Shown: positions 10,163 through 19,938, counted from the first letter of the stretch. The stretch is DNA of 64,000 bases from Candidatus Woesebacteria bacterium (GCA_016700095.1 CP065002.1:240463-304462); one strand, 5' to 3'. Notes: generated from the letters alone by a model not told the origin. Made by a program: numbers and translations.

Positions 10163-10434
10163 AAGAATTGAGTATTCTCGCTTGTTTACATAGCTGGGGG
10201 TTTAGTTTATGAATATATTCTGCTATAATGTCACCCTATGGCAGTTAGCGAACATAGTTGTAGGGATTTTCGAGGCTCAGTTGGTCAAAAACTTCCAAGT
10301 TGTACCGGGTGTGGTTTGAGAGTAATCTACGATACGGAAGGTGGAGCAAGGTTAGACGGAGAGTGTCCGAAATTAAATAAGAAAGAAGAAAATCAGACTC
10401 CGATTATTCCTAGAGATAGAAACCGGGGAAATGG

Positions 10435-10974
10435 CTAAACTCCCTCCAACACTTTATAAGCAACAACCGCCGCACAACCCCAAGTGTTAAATGAGATGTT
10501 TATTCCGTGCATGGGTAGTTCTACAATAATGTCGCACAGTTTTAGGACATCATTCTCAATTCCATAGCTTTCATTGCCGATAACGATAGCAACTGGGAAT
10601 TTGATGTTTTTTGTAGATAGTAGATGGTAGCTTGTAGATTGAGGAGATTGCTCAATTGCGACAATATAGTAGCCTTCCTTTTTTAGTTTTTGAACCGTTT
10701 CTATGGTTGATGCGGTTTTCTCCCATGGAACCCAGCTTTCGGTTCCCACTGCCGCTTTGTGAATACGCGAATTTGGCGGGTATTCCATATCACCTGCTAA
10801 ATACATCTTTTCTGCAGCAACTGCATCCGCCAATCTAAAAAGTGAGCCTGTATTGTAGGTGTCAATGATTCTGTCCAGTACAAAGACTATTGGATTTCTC
10901 GCTACCTTTGACAGATCTTTGTTGGTGGGATTGGAATTTCGCAAATGTTTGGCGTTTAGTTTCACAATAGACAT
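10435..10974 (-). CDS. SpoU/TrmH-family (SPOUT) RNA 2'-O-methyltransferase
   Basis: SPOUT motifs IVIGNESYGI and ELPMHG-INISFN pattern. Confidence 0.7.
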   Translation of the reverse strand: MSIVKLNAKHLRNSNPTNKDLSKVARNPIVFVLDRIIDTYNTGSLFRLADAVAAEKMYLAGDMEYPPNSRIHKAAVGTESWVPWEKTASTIETVQKLKKEGYYIVAIEQSPQSTSYHLLSTKNIKFPVAIVIGNESYGIENDVLKLCDIIVELPMHGINISFNTWGCAAVVAYKVLEGV

Positions 10975-11044
10975 GACGATAATTATATTTTACCAGTGTT
11001 AGGAGTCTTGTGTGAAGCTGTATTCGTGAACGAAAGCGGGAATA

Positions 11045-11248
11045 TTAATACATATCATCGGGATTGTAATCAAAAGTCTGACCTGGTGTAGGCGCTATCG
11101 TACAATCTCGATACCTTTCTACCCTGTAACCGTAAGGGCATTTTTTCACTCTAGGTTTTTCACTTTTAGTGTAGCAGTTTTTGAAAAATGGACATGTATC
11201 GCAATCTTTTGGCGGTAGGATGATTTCAGACGTCATGGCCACAATCAT
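11045..11248 (-). CDS. small Cys-rich hypothetical protein (6 Cys, zinc-ribbon-like)
   Basis: ORF track only; CDTCP...C...KCPYG. Confidence 0.25.
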   Translation of the reverse strand: MIVAMTSEIILPPKDCDTCPFFKNCYTKSEKPRVKKCPYGYRVERYRDCTIAPTPGQTFDYNPDDMY

Positions 11249-11478
11249 ACAACATTATAAGATTATTGCAAAGGTGTAAGGCAACAAGGTAAAAAAGCTG
11301 GTAAGATGAGGTTTGTATTCGTTTAGACTGTTAAATAGAAGCGTCGAAGAAAAATATCCAGCTTGGATTTAGCTGGCCTAAGATGGTAAAATAGCAGAGC
11401 CTTAAATTGCTTTGTAATTTATCAATTTTTAAAGTACAGGCTCTAATTTACAAAGTGAAATACAACTGAAAGTATTAA

Positions 11479-11550
11479 GGCCCTAACACAAAGTGCTACG
11501 GCCGAAAGAAATGAGGCCCTAACACAAAGTGCTACGGCCGAAAGAAATGA
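11479..11550 (+). repeat. 2 x 36-bp tandem units, each beginning with the first 7 nt of the downstream tRNA-Glu
   Basis: ggccctaacacaaagtgctacggccgaaagaaatga twice, immediately followed by ggccctatcg... of the tRNA. Confidence 0.85.
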
Positions 11551-11622
11551 GGCCCTATCGTCTAACGGCTAGGACGGCACTCTTTCAAGGTGCAAATCAG
11601 AGTTCGATTCTCTGTGGGGTCA
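11551..11622 (+). tRNA. tRNA-Glu (anticodon TTC)
   Basis: cloverleaf folded by hand: acceptor ggcccta/tggggtc, anticodon loop cTTTCaa, T-loop ttcgatt; no encoded CCA. Confidence 0.8.
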
Positions 11623-11835
11623 CTAAGATTTTCCCAAAAAATATTGTTCCTTCAAACTAATTTGAACCATATTTTAAAAAGAAGTCGTTTAAGTTCAAAT
11701 TAACTTATATGATATAGCTTCGAGCGAGTGTAAAATGAAACAGCATGATTTTTCTGAGCAATTAACTTGACTGAGAATTGTGTAGCTGGTGCAATGATTG
11801 TGGTGAAAAATATTAAAATAAACAGGTTGCTGTCA

Positions 11836-12372
11836 ATGAAATTAACTACTATTATTTTTGTTGCACTGGTTTTGGTGTGTTTGGGAATAATTACTTGGCG
11901 ACTGCAAGAAAATAGAAATACAAATAAGATTAATTCTTACGAGGAATGTGTTAAGGCAAGCAACGGTCAGGTAAATCTTATGTATCCACCGCAATGTACG
12001 ACAAAAGATGGACGCACTTTCATTGACCCCTCTGCCAAACCACTGAATTCTGTTGGTAATTTGGATGAAAAGATCTCTAAAGACATTGCACAGGGATTGT
12101 TGTTTGCCGATTTTCCCGAAATATCCAAGGGGTTGGCGGGTGGGCCACCTGCACACATGCTGTACTATTTTGAAAATAATGAAGGTTGGCAAGTCGTATA
12201 TACGACGGAAGGGAGTGGAGTAGACCAGATTTTTGAAGCATCGTGTTTCAAGGTTACACACCAGAGAGTCGTTTATCAGACGGGCAATTACAAATATGAG
12301 AATTTGTCGAGTTATATTCTCAAAGACATCGACAATCTGGATACGGAAACCTGTCGAGTTAAGGGTTGGTAA
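11836..12372 (+). CDS. hypothetical secreted/membrane-anchored protein
   Basis: ORF track 11767..12372; likely start at ATG 11836 (MKLTTIIFVALVLV signal/TM). Confidence 0.45.
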   Translation: MKLTTIIFVALVLVCLGIITWRLQENRNTNKINSYEECVKASNGQVNLMYPPQCTTKDGRTFIDPSAKPLNSVGNLDEKISKDIAQGLLFADFPEISKGLAGGPPAHMLYYFENNEGWQVVYTTEGSGVDQIFEASCFKVTHQRVVYQTGNYKYENLSSYILKDIDNLDTETCRVKGW

Positions 12373-12799
12373 GAAAGCGGCGTTTCGTGAAAAACATTTC
12401 ATGCATTAACCAACTGTGTTTATATATAACATATGTTTTTGTTGGCTAATATATTTTCAGCATTACTACTGCGATTACTATTTTTACTTCAATGACTTGG
12501 ATGATACTTGCCTAAAAATACGTGCCTGATGGTGAAAAACTATTGAATGTGATACAAATTAAACAACGGGAGGTTGCCCTCGTTTTAGTTACATGCAAAG
12601 TTGTGTATCTACGGTGGGGTTTACTAACTTGTTATTTATAAAGAAAACAAGCAGGATTTCTTGTGCCCTTTTTGTAAAAATCTTTACCCTCGCATTATTT
12701 CTACGAAGTTATAAGTCTTAATAAAAACTATGTTTATGATGCGCATCACGAGTTTGATACAAATAAATAAAATACCCACTGATTCTTACCCATGTTTTA

Positions 12800-12910
12800 T
12801 TTAAACTTCCCGAAAACCGTGGACTATTTGTCCACGGATGAAGGGAAGCGGTAAACAAACTATTCGAAGAAAACCGAGAGTTCTCAACCCTCGGTTGTTT
12901 ATTCAAACTT
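12800..12910 (+). promoter_or_regulatory. conserved roughly 112-nt structured leader element, copy 1 (second copy at 59901-60013)
   Basis: about 85 percent nucleotide identity between copies, different reading frames/strands of overlapping ORFs, internal hairpins ccgtgga..tccacgg and aaccgag..ctcggtt. Confidence 0.5.
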
Positions 12911-12994
12911 TATGGAAATCACGTATTTTTTAAGTGTTAGCGAAGCAGTGAACTAACTTTCCTTGGAGAATTATGGCATGTATGACGCGGCGGT

Positions 12995-13411
12995 TTGTCG
13001 GAAAATTTATTACAGCCAATTGTTTTATTTTATATAACTTGGCATAATACACATATGCAAAATACTGAAGTTTTGGAGAAATGTTACAAAGACATTGCAC
13101 GAATTATGCTCGAAAAGGTGGAAGAAGGTTGGAACAAAGCCTGGATTGAAGCTGATTATATAATGTCACCCCAAGGTGATGTGGATAGTTTTATCGCAAG
13201 ACAATCAAAGGAAAATGAAAATAAACTGCATGGTTTACGTGTAGATTTTGGTACAAATAGTCCTCTGAAAATTGCCTTAAACAAAATTCACACTATTGTT
13301 ATTGACAACAACGGCAATCGGTGTAAGTGGTTCAAATTTAAGTTAACCCCAGACGGCTCTTTTAATATCAATTTTGACTATGATAATAATCATAGTTTTA
13401 CTGGGAGATAA
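12995..13411 (+). CDS. hypothetical protein (first gene of a two-gene operon downstream of the conserved leader)
   Basis: ORF track; no confident family assignment. Confidence 0.45.
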   Translation: MSENLLQPIVLFYITWHNTHMQNTEVLEKCYKDIARIMLEKVEEGWNKAWIEADYIMSPQGDVDSFIARQSKENENKLHGLRVDFGTNSPLKIALNKIHTIVIDNNGNRCKWFKFKLTPDGSFNINFDYDNNHSFTGR

Positions 13412-13413
13412 TT

Positions 13414-13749
13414 ATGCAAAGAAAAATAGGCAATGGAGGAACATTTTGGGTTTCGAAAAATATAATGACGAATGAAGGGAAGAGCGTATCTTTTTACTAT
13501 GCATGGGAAAGTGCGACACCTGAGGATGCAGAGAATATTGCTCAGAAGTTTCCAAAGTATTTTGTATTGGAAAACGGAACCGACTTGTGGGTTAGGGGTG
13601 AAGCGGATGGAGTAATAACCCTTGACGAATTAAAGGAAGTAATTTCAATGGATCAAGTGGACAGCATGGTATTAATCGATGACGCAACAAGTGAAGTGAT
13701 AGCGGGGGTAAAAGACTGGGCTGATCCGAACGATCTTGAGGACTGTTAG
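13414..13749 (+). CDS. hypothetical acidic protein, start 2 nt after the preceding stop
   Basis: ORF track; translational coupling geometry. Confidence 0.45.
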   Translation: MQRKIGNGGTFWVSKNIMTNEGKSVSFYYAWESATPEDAENIAQKFPKYFVLENGTDLWVRGEADGVITLDELKEVISMDQVDSMVLIDDATSEVIAGVKDWADPNDLEDC

Positions 13750-13750
13750 G

Positions 13751-14104
13751 TTAAACTTCAGAAGGTTGATTAGTTCTTACCAAGCAAAAATAGCTATGCA
13801 GTTTTTTCTTGTAATATTCCGACATGTCTGATGCCATAACTTTCTCGATAAGACTTGTTAATCTTTTTTCAAACGCGTCTTCAACTTCAAAAAAGTGATC
13901 CTGGTTGTCGGTTTTGGGTCTGAAATCCAAAAACACACCATCTTGTCCACGGAGATACCCGATTGTATTTACCAGCGATATTAAAGTTGGCAGATAACGA
14001 GCGATTGTCTCGGGACTAACATCCGTTTTTTCGTATTTTGCCAATTGCTGATCCACCAAGCTTACCAAATCGTCAAATAGTTTTTTGTAAGTATCTTGAT
14101 CCAT
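13751..14104 (-). CDS. hypothetical protein
   Basis: ORF track. Confidence 0.4.
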   Translation of the reverse strand: MDQDTYKKLFDDLVSLVDQQLAKYEKTDVSPETIARYLPTLISLVNTIGYLRGQDGVFLDFRPKTDNQDHFFEVEDAFEKRLTSLIEKVMASDMSEYYKKKLHSYFCLVRTNQPSEV

Positions 14105-14346
14105 GAGATAAGATTACTATCACAAACGAATTATTGCAACACGTTGACGGATGTTCACAATTGCCATTTCATCCATCTTGTAGGTGTGAACAATGATGGT
14201 TCAATAACCGGATTGTTGGTATTAAGCGGAATGACAGATTGGGAAAAAACATCCTATTTCAAAAGCGAAAGCAACAAAAAAATAATGACGCTACAAGAAA
14301 GGTTTTAAATTTGTTCTATTATTTGTATAATACATATCGAGACAAT

Positions 14347-14418
14347 GGGCCCGTAGCTCAGCGGCAGAGCAACAGCCTTTTAAGCTGATGGTCACAGGTT
14401 CGATCCCTGTCGGGCTCA
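14347..14418 (+). tRNA. tRNA-Lys (anticodon TTT)
   Basis: acceptor gggcccg/cgggctc, anticodon loop cTTTTaa, T-loop ttcgatc. Confidence 0.8.
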
Positions 14419-14646
14419 CAACGTAAAAAGATAAAGGAAGCTGACAACACTAATTGCTAATAACACCAGCGGAAGTTGTAATTAAAAAGTGGCACGTTAT
14501 TAAGGCTTTTCGATTGAGATAGTGATTTGGTTCAAACACAGTGACTTTAGTCGCGCAAGTGGTAGGACATTCCGGTGTAAACCGGAACAAGTTATTAAAA
14601 TTGAAAGATATTTAAAGTAAGTATGTTTTTATTGCGGGATCGTCTT

Positions 14647-14974
14647 CCGAGCCTCCGACCTAAAGTCGAGAGCTCGAGAATACGCGACCAACTTGTTGGG
14701 TCGGTATAATAAGGGATGGGGTATTGTTATGTATTAAGTTGTATCAACGGGAGCTACTATGTGGGTTCAACAAGAAACATTTACGATAGATTGGGTAATC
14801 ACAGAAATGGGCAAGTAAAATATACAAAAAACAATAGACCGCTTAAATTAATTTTTGTAAAAGAATTTGCAAGTTACAACTTAGCTTATAAATTTGAAAT
14901 GAAGGTAAAATCTTGGAAGAAAAGATCATCAATAGAAAAGATGATTGGTAAAAGTGATAATGTATGTTTAAAAT
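14647..14974 (+). mobile_element. 328-bp insertion carrying a GIY-YIG nuclease gene, flanked by the duplicated tRNA-Gln 5' fragment tattgcgggatcgtct
   Basis: insert lies between identical 16-nt copies at 14631-14646 and 14975-14990. Confidence 0.35.
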
Positions 14975-15075
14975 ATTGCGGGATCGTCTCTGCGAAGCAC
15001 AGCGATGAAATCGCGCAATTGGTAGGACATTCCGGTGTAAACCGGAACAAGTTATTAAAATTGAAGATTAATTAA
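14716..15075 (+). CDS. small GIY-YIG nuclease family protein (UPF0213/YhbQ-like); annotated C-terminus reads through into the next repeat unit, so the true end is probably earlier
   Basis: GYCYVLSC...YYVGST..L..RL..H pattern of the GIY-YIG domain; TATAAT-like box at 14705. Confidence 0.65.
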   Translation: MGYCYVLSCINGSYYVGSTRNIYDRLGNHRNGQVKYTKNNRPLKLIFVKEFASYNLAYKFEMKVKSWKKRSSIEKMIGKSDNVCLKYCGIVSAKHSDEIAQLVGHSGVNRNKLLKLKIN

Positions 15076-15321
15076 GTAAGTATGTTTTTATTGCGGGATC
15101 GTCTCTGTATAACACAGCGACAAAGTCGCGCAAGTGGTAGGACATTCCGGTGTAAACCGGAACAAGTTATTAAAATTGAAGATTAATTAAGTAAGTATGT
15201 TTTTATTGCGGGATCGTCTCTGTATAACACAGCGACAAAGTCGCGCAAGTGGTAGGACATTCCGGTGTAAACCGGAACAAGTTATTAAAATTGAAGATTA
15301 ATTAAGTAAGTATGTTTTTAT

Positions 15322-15392
15322 TGCGGGATCGTCTAATGGTAGGACAGCGGCCTTTGGAACCGTCAATCTAGGTTCGAATCCTGGTCCCGCAG
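15322..15392 (+). tRNA. tRNA-Gln (anticodon TTG) with U1:A72 pair
   Basis: acceptor tgcggga/tcccgca (U1:A72, typical of bacterial tRNA-Gln), anticodon loop cTTTGga, T-loop ttcgaat. Confidence 0.75.
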
Positions 15393-15445
15393 CATATTGT
15401 AGAGGGTTAGTAATCTGAAGGCTTAAAACAAAATTATTATCCTAA

Positions 15446-16258
15446 CTACAAAGTTCTTCGTACAAATAAATGTCCAGTAGAAGTTGTGAAGAAAATATTA
15501 AGTTTTATTTTTGATTGTTTATAATTATTGGAATAATATTCGCCAGATTTAACAAATTCAGTCTCGTCAAGTTTTGAATTACTTCCAATAGTTTCATAAG
15601 TTACTTTTACTCCAATCTCTTCCGGTAGGGCGATGGAAACCTTACCGCTTACTGTTTCGATTTCAAATGTTTCTTTGGGAATTGAATTTGAAGAAAATGA
15701 AAAATCAGCAGAGCCGAATGTGTTATTAAATTTAAATTTTCTTAAGTTCAGATTGGTGAAAGAACTTTTAACTGATGCTTTACCTGCATAAAAATCTAAA
15801 TCAACAGGTATAGTTTGACGTCCAAACTCAATGCCATATTTTATGGAGTCAGGAGTAGAAAGAGATTCGGGTTCTCCATCATCTCCTAAATTTATTAGTA
15901 GTTTGTCGGTATTAACTTTGTTGTGGACACTCACACCAAAAGGAGATCGAACACTTTTAGTGGAAACAAAATACGTAGATTCGGAAGTATCGGTAATGTC
16001 AACAGATCCTTGCGAAACAGTGATATTATACTGCACTTCCTGTATGTTCTTATAGTCTGATTGTTTAATGAATTGAGATGTGTTGATTGGGCTAAACGTA
16101 CGATTTTCGGATATGACAAACCGTGCAGTATGGAATATGTATAAAATACGTTGTGCTTTGTAATGAATGTTTAAGAAATTTGTTGCGTATGAGTAAGTAA
16201 AAAACGCAACAAGAGAAGTAAGTAGTATTAGCACATACAACTTCTTGTTTTTATCCAT
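15446..16258 (-). CDS. hypothetical membrane-anchored secreted protein
   Basis: N-terminal TM helix. Confidence 0.45.
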   Translation of the reverse strand: MDKNKKLYVLILLTSLVAFFTYSYATNFLNIHYKAQRILYIFHTARFVISENRTFSPINTSQFIKQSDYKNIQEVQYNITVSQGSVDITDTSESTYFVSTKSVRSPFGVSVHNKVNTDKLLINLGDDGEPESLSTPDSIKYGIEFGRQTIPVDLDFYAGKASVKSSFTNLNLRKFKFNNTFGSADFSFSSNSIPKETFEIETVSGKVSIALPEEIGVKVTYETIGSNSKLDETEFVKSGEYYSNNYKQSKIKLNIFFTTSTGHLFVRRTL

Positions 16259-16511
16259 AAATTATTATCTCACGATATCACGACATTGTCATGATTATGG
16301 CTTTTCATTCTCACTAAGTCTTAAATTACTGATTCCAATCAGTAGAAATAGTTTGAATCCTCAGTGAAAGATGGATTTTTCTATCTTTGGTTGGCAGAAG
16401 TTATCACTAATTTATTCAAACTTTACTAAATCTAAGTGCTACTGGTGTGGCATCAGCGTTGCAGTGATTAACTTTTCCTTAGAAAACCATGACCTATCAG
16501 TGTATGGTTAA

Positions 16512-17618
16512 TTACTCCAAAGTATCCAAGACTTGACTAAGGGTAGTAGGATTTGCGAACTCTATTTGGACCGCTATTCGTTTGCCAATTAAAAAGTCAC
16601 GGTCTTTTAATATCTGATCATCCTCTCGCTCTCCGAGTTGACGATCGGAAAGTAGCGACAAGTCTGCCCTTGGATAAGCTCTTCCTATTCTTTGTAAAAA
16701 TGTTTCGAAATCTGAATTTCGGTGTAGCATTGCAAGCTGCTTTAAATCTAGTGGTGGCTCTTGGCCATTACTGGTCTTTGATTCTTCTTCGTATCTAACA
16801 TCCTCGGCAACTCTAGAAAGCATGCGCACTCTTTCGGCGTAACGGCTTGTGCTCATAATATTTGTTGCAGCATTTTTCAATTCTGGATCATCAAGCGTTT
16901 CATTAATTGCCATACGTGCAATCAAATCCGTCCATGCTTCATCGAAAAGATTGTAACCCATATTGTTTACGGAGTAGACTCTACCGCCAACATATTTTTG
17001 CCATGGCTCTTTTACTTCGGATTCTGTTTCAGATTGATGAATGAAATAATCAACCCCCGATTTCAATATTTCGCCACGGGTGTTTATTGTTGCCAAACAA
17101 TGTGTCCATTCATGAAATAAATTGTAAACCAAACCGACTGCCGTATATCTAGTTGATGTTTTCATGTCTTTTTCCATATCAACTAAATTAATATGTGCAG
17201 TATTTGGGATATCGGGATTATCTGCTCCGAGTGCCTTACCCCAAGGTAAATTATTTCTGTCGGGAGAATAATCAGGATATCCGCTATTTCTCACTCCTTG
17301 GATAAATTCGTCTTCGTTGTTATAAACACTTGTAATACTAACGAGATGTTCTTTATCGACGTCAATTCCGGTCAATTCAGTATATAATTTTGCACTTAAA
17401 TTTACTAAAGCATCAATTTCAGACTTTTCCAACTCGGTTAGTTTTTTACCCCCAGTCTCACGAATTATATCTTGAAGACGATCGGCGTCACGTTTTTCGA
17501 AATTCTGTATAGCTTCAGGTAATAAATGCCCTGCAGCTGCACTAACTAACGCAGCACTACCAAGTTTAATTAAATCCCGTCGTGACACCAATGTGCCTTC
17601 AGTCATTGCGAAAGTCAT
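16512..17618 (-). CDS. hypothetical secreted protein with twin-arginine-like signal (SRRDLIKLGSAAL) and HEWTH (HExxH-like) motif
   Basis: motifs read in translation. Confidence 0.5.
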   Translation of the reverse strand: MTFAMTEGTLVSRRDLIKLGSAALVSAAAGHLLPEAIQNFEKRDADRLQDIIRETGGKKLTELEKSEIDALVNLSAKLYTELTGIDVDKEHLVSITSVYNNEDEFIQGVRNSGYPDYSPDRNNLPWGKALGADNPDIPNTAHINLVDMEKDMKTSTRYTAVGLVYNLFHEWTHCLATINTRGEILKSGVDYFIHQSETESEVKEPWQKYVGGRVYSVNNMGYNLFDEAWTDLIARMAINETLDDPELKNAATNIMSTSRYAERVRMLSRVAEDVRYEEESKTSNGQEPPLDLKQLAMLHRNSDFETFLQRIGRAYPRADLSLLSDRQLGEREDDQILKDRDFLIGKRIAVQIEFANPTTLSQVLDTLE

Positions 17619-17740
17619 TTTATCATAAATGCATACAAAACAGTTTTCTGATATTAATTTCGTCTATTCTGAAAAATACATCACTAAATCAATAACAGCA
17701 AAAAGAGAAAAACATTTTAAATGTTATAATTGGCGTTAAG

Positions 17741-18370
17741 ATGACTATTCGGGAAAAAGTTAGGGGGATTAAACATTTACAAAATAAATATTTTATTTGT
17801 GTTTTGGAGTATCCGAAAGATATCAAAAATATTGCCTCAGCTATTAGAAATATTTCTGCGTTTGGTGTTGAAAAACTGTATGTTATTGGGGGTGCAAAAA
17901 TAGTCCGGGATTTTGAGTCGGCGCGAAAGAACGAACGCTTGAAAAATCTCAGTGCCGGAGCTAGCAAGTGGGTGTTTGTTAAACATTTTAATACAACAGC
18001 AGAGTGTCTTAATCATCTGAAAAAGAATCTGTATACCATTGCCGTCACGTCGTCTCACCAAAAGGGCAAGACAAATATAAATTTGTATGAGGAGACATTT
18101 ACCAATAAACGTCTCTCGGTGTGGTTTGGTAATGAATCTAAAGGAGTTTCCGAAGAAGCCGTCAATGCGGCAGACATGTGTATTCAAATCCCGATGGGTG
18201 GAATTGTAGAAAGTTTAAATTTAGGTACTAGTACGGGAATTATTCTAAGTTATATAAGTTATCAAAGATTAAAGTATGTATATTCTCACGGCAAGGCTCG
18301 GTTCAAATCCAAAGGTCTTGGTAAACTCAAAATGCGTTCATGGGAAGATTTTATTAACCCGCATCGATAG
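17741..18370 (+). CDS. SpoU/TrmH-family (SPOUT) RNA methyltransferase
   Basis: WFGNESKGVS and IPMGGIVESLNL motifs. Confidence 0.65.
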   Translation: MTIREKVRGIKHLQNKYFICVLEYPKDIKNIASAIRNISAFGVEKLYVIGGAKIVRDFESARKNERLKNLSAGASKWVFVKHFNTTAECLNHLKKNLYTIAVTSSHQKGKTNINLYEETFTNKRLSVWFGNESKGVSEEAVNAADMCIQIPMGGIVESLNLGTSTGIILSYISYQRLKYVYSHGKARFKSKGLGKLKMRSWEDFINPHR

Positions 18371-18487
18371 CTGATTAATACATTAGACCCAACCACTCCC
18401 AAGATTTTTTTCGTCGTTACTTACTTTGCGTCTAACTATTTATGAGTTACGACAAGACAAACGGGGAGTATGTAGCAATCAAATACT

Positions 18488-19135
18488 TCACTTCAAATCA
18501 CTAAAGTCCCTTAACTCTTTCCATGTATCACGCATCTTTTTAGGATTTTTTGTTTTGGCGAACTTGTCATACTGGGAATGAGCATGATCAATTCTTCGGT
18601 AATATTTAATCGGACACCAATATCTTTCTGTTCTGCCACCTATTTCCGAGCTATAACGGATCAGATTGTTGATATAACTACAATAAATACAGTTAATTTT
18701 TTCCCATGGGTTTAACCACGAAAGCAGTACTCTATCGTATACAAAGTAGTCTTTGTTTTTCACCAGGGGTATGCCATACAAGCGGAAACATACCTGGTGA
18801 TAGATCTCAATGCATGCATGCCAGACCAACGCCGGAATTATCATGCTATAAATAAATGGCGCACTAACGAAGTATTTCCAATTCACGGGAATTTGAACCT
18901 GGCGGCCCTTGCGCCTCCATAGTTTTATGGGATTTTCTGGTACTTTAATTCTTTTGATAAGTTCGTTTCTCGCCGACAGCGCATTTATATGTTCGTCAAA
19001 ATAAAGTCTGGTTTTATGACCAATTTTTTTTAGATTGGCATGATTGAAATACGCTTTTAATTCTTTGCTATTAATATTACTAACTGTTTTGGTCAATCTA
19101 CTCATGAAGCATATTCTAATACAATTGATAAACAA
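18488..19135 (-). CDS. hypothetical protein
   Basis: ORF track. Confidence 0.4.
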   Translation of the reverse strand: MFINCIRICFMSRLTKTVSNINSKELKAYFNHANLKKIGHKTRLYFDEHINALSARNELIKRIKVPENPIKLWRRKGRQVQIPVNWKYFVSAPFIYSMIIPALVWHACIEIYHQVCFRLYGIPLVKNKDYFVYDRVLLSWLNPWEKINCIYCSYINNLIRYSSEIGGRTERYWCPIKYYRRIDHAHSQYDKFAKTKNPKKMRDTWKELRDFSDLK

Positions 19136-19180
19136 AAGCTCTAACCATATGGAAGTTAGTAAATCTGATAAACTGAATGT

Positions 19181-19558
19181 ATGAGTCAGAAATTCATAAT
19201 GATTGTCGTTTCCTTTACGTTGCTTCTTGGTGTGACTTTGGTTTATTTCAACTTTATCGGAGGTGATATTGTAAATCCCTTAAAGGTTGACAATCTCTAT
19301 CAATCAAATATTGCTACAAAAGTTACACCCGATGCGGTTAAGGGTACATTTGTAAGATTTGAAAATGACTATTTAATTTATTTGGATTTAGGTAAAGAAG
19401 AAAAAATATTAACGCAAATAAACACAATCTATATTGACGGTTCCATGGAAATTACTAAAGCCGAATTAACAAAAGGGGACATATTAATTATCCGAACCGA
19501 CAAAACGGTGGAAGGTGAACTAACGGCAACCGTAGTGACAAGGTACACCAGGCGCTAA
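19181..19558 (+). CDS. hypothetical secreted protein
   Basis: N-terminal TM/signal. Confidence 0.4.
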   Translation: MSQKFIMIVVSFTLLLGVTLVYFNFIGGDIVNPLKVDNLYQSNIATKVTPDAVKGTFVRFENDYLIYLDLGKEEKILTQINTIYIDGSMEITKAELTKGDILIIRTDKTVEGELTATVVTRYTRR

Positions 19559-19656
19559 ATTTTATAACGCAACACTGTCGATTCCTGCAAAACACCCCGA
19601 AGATACAAAAGCTAATTTATATGCATATGAAATAGCAATTAAGCTACACTTAACAC

Positions 19657-19938
19657 ATGACAATTGCCAAGAATCTTAGGGGAATATTTACAAACAAGAA
19701 AGGTGAAATAATAATCGGGCAGTGGCCAAACACACCCCTTATACTTGCTATCGGTAGTTACTTAATTAAATATCTGCCCTTTAGCATTGCAGGACAGTTT
19801 TCATTCTGGGGAGTTTTAATATCGCTTACGTATTGGTCTTACCTTGAAATATTTTATGGTGATAATACATTTAGACGTATCCTTGGAGTTGTGGTCTTGG
19901 TTAGTCAATTGATAAAAGTCTTCAACATTCTTTTCTGA
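19657..19938 (+). CDS. hypothetical small membrane protein
   Basis: ORF track. Confidence 0.35.
   Translation: MTIAKNLRGIFTNKKGEIIIGQWPNTPLILAIGSYLIKYLPFSIAGQFSFWGVLISLTYWSYLEIFYGDNTFRRILGVVVLVSQLIKVFNILF

Larger units (their letters stand above)
14548..15321 (+). repeat. tandem array of 115-bp pseudo-tRNA units upstream of tRNA-Gln; each unit starts with tRNA-Gln nt 1-13 (tgcgggatcgtct) and contains a ggtaggaca D-loop-like segment and a ttccggtgtaaaccggaa hairpin
   Basis: unit starts at 14633, 14977, 15092, 15207 (exact 115-bp period); partial unit 14548-14632. Confidence 0.85.

Noticed and set aside
12718-12906. ORFs overlapping the two copies of the conserved leader (12718..12906 minus; 59920..60129 plus)
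   Set aside because: The two copies are about 85 percent identical at nucleotide level, but the ORFs lie on opposite strands and a 2-nt indel breaks any common frame. So the conservation is not protein-coding.
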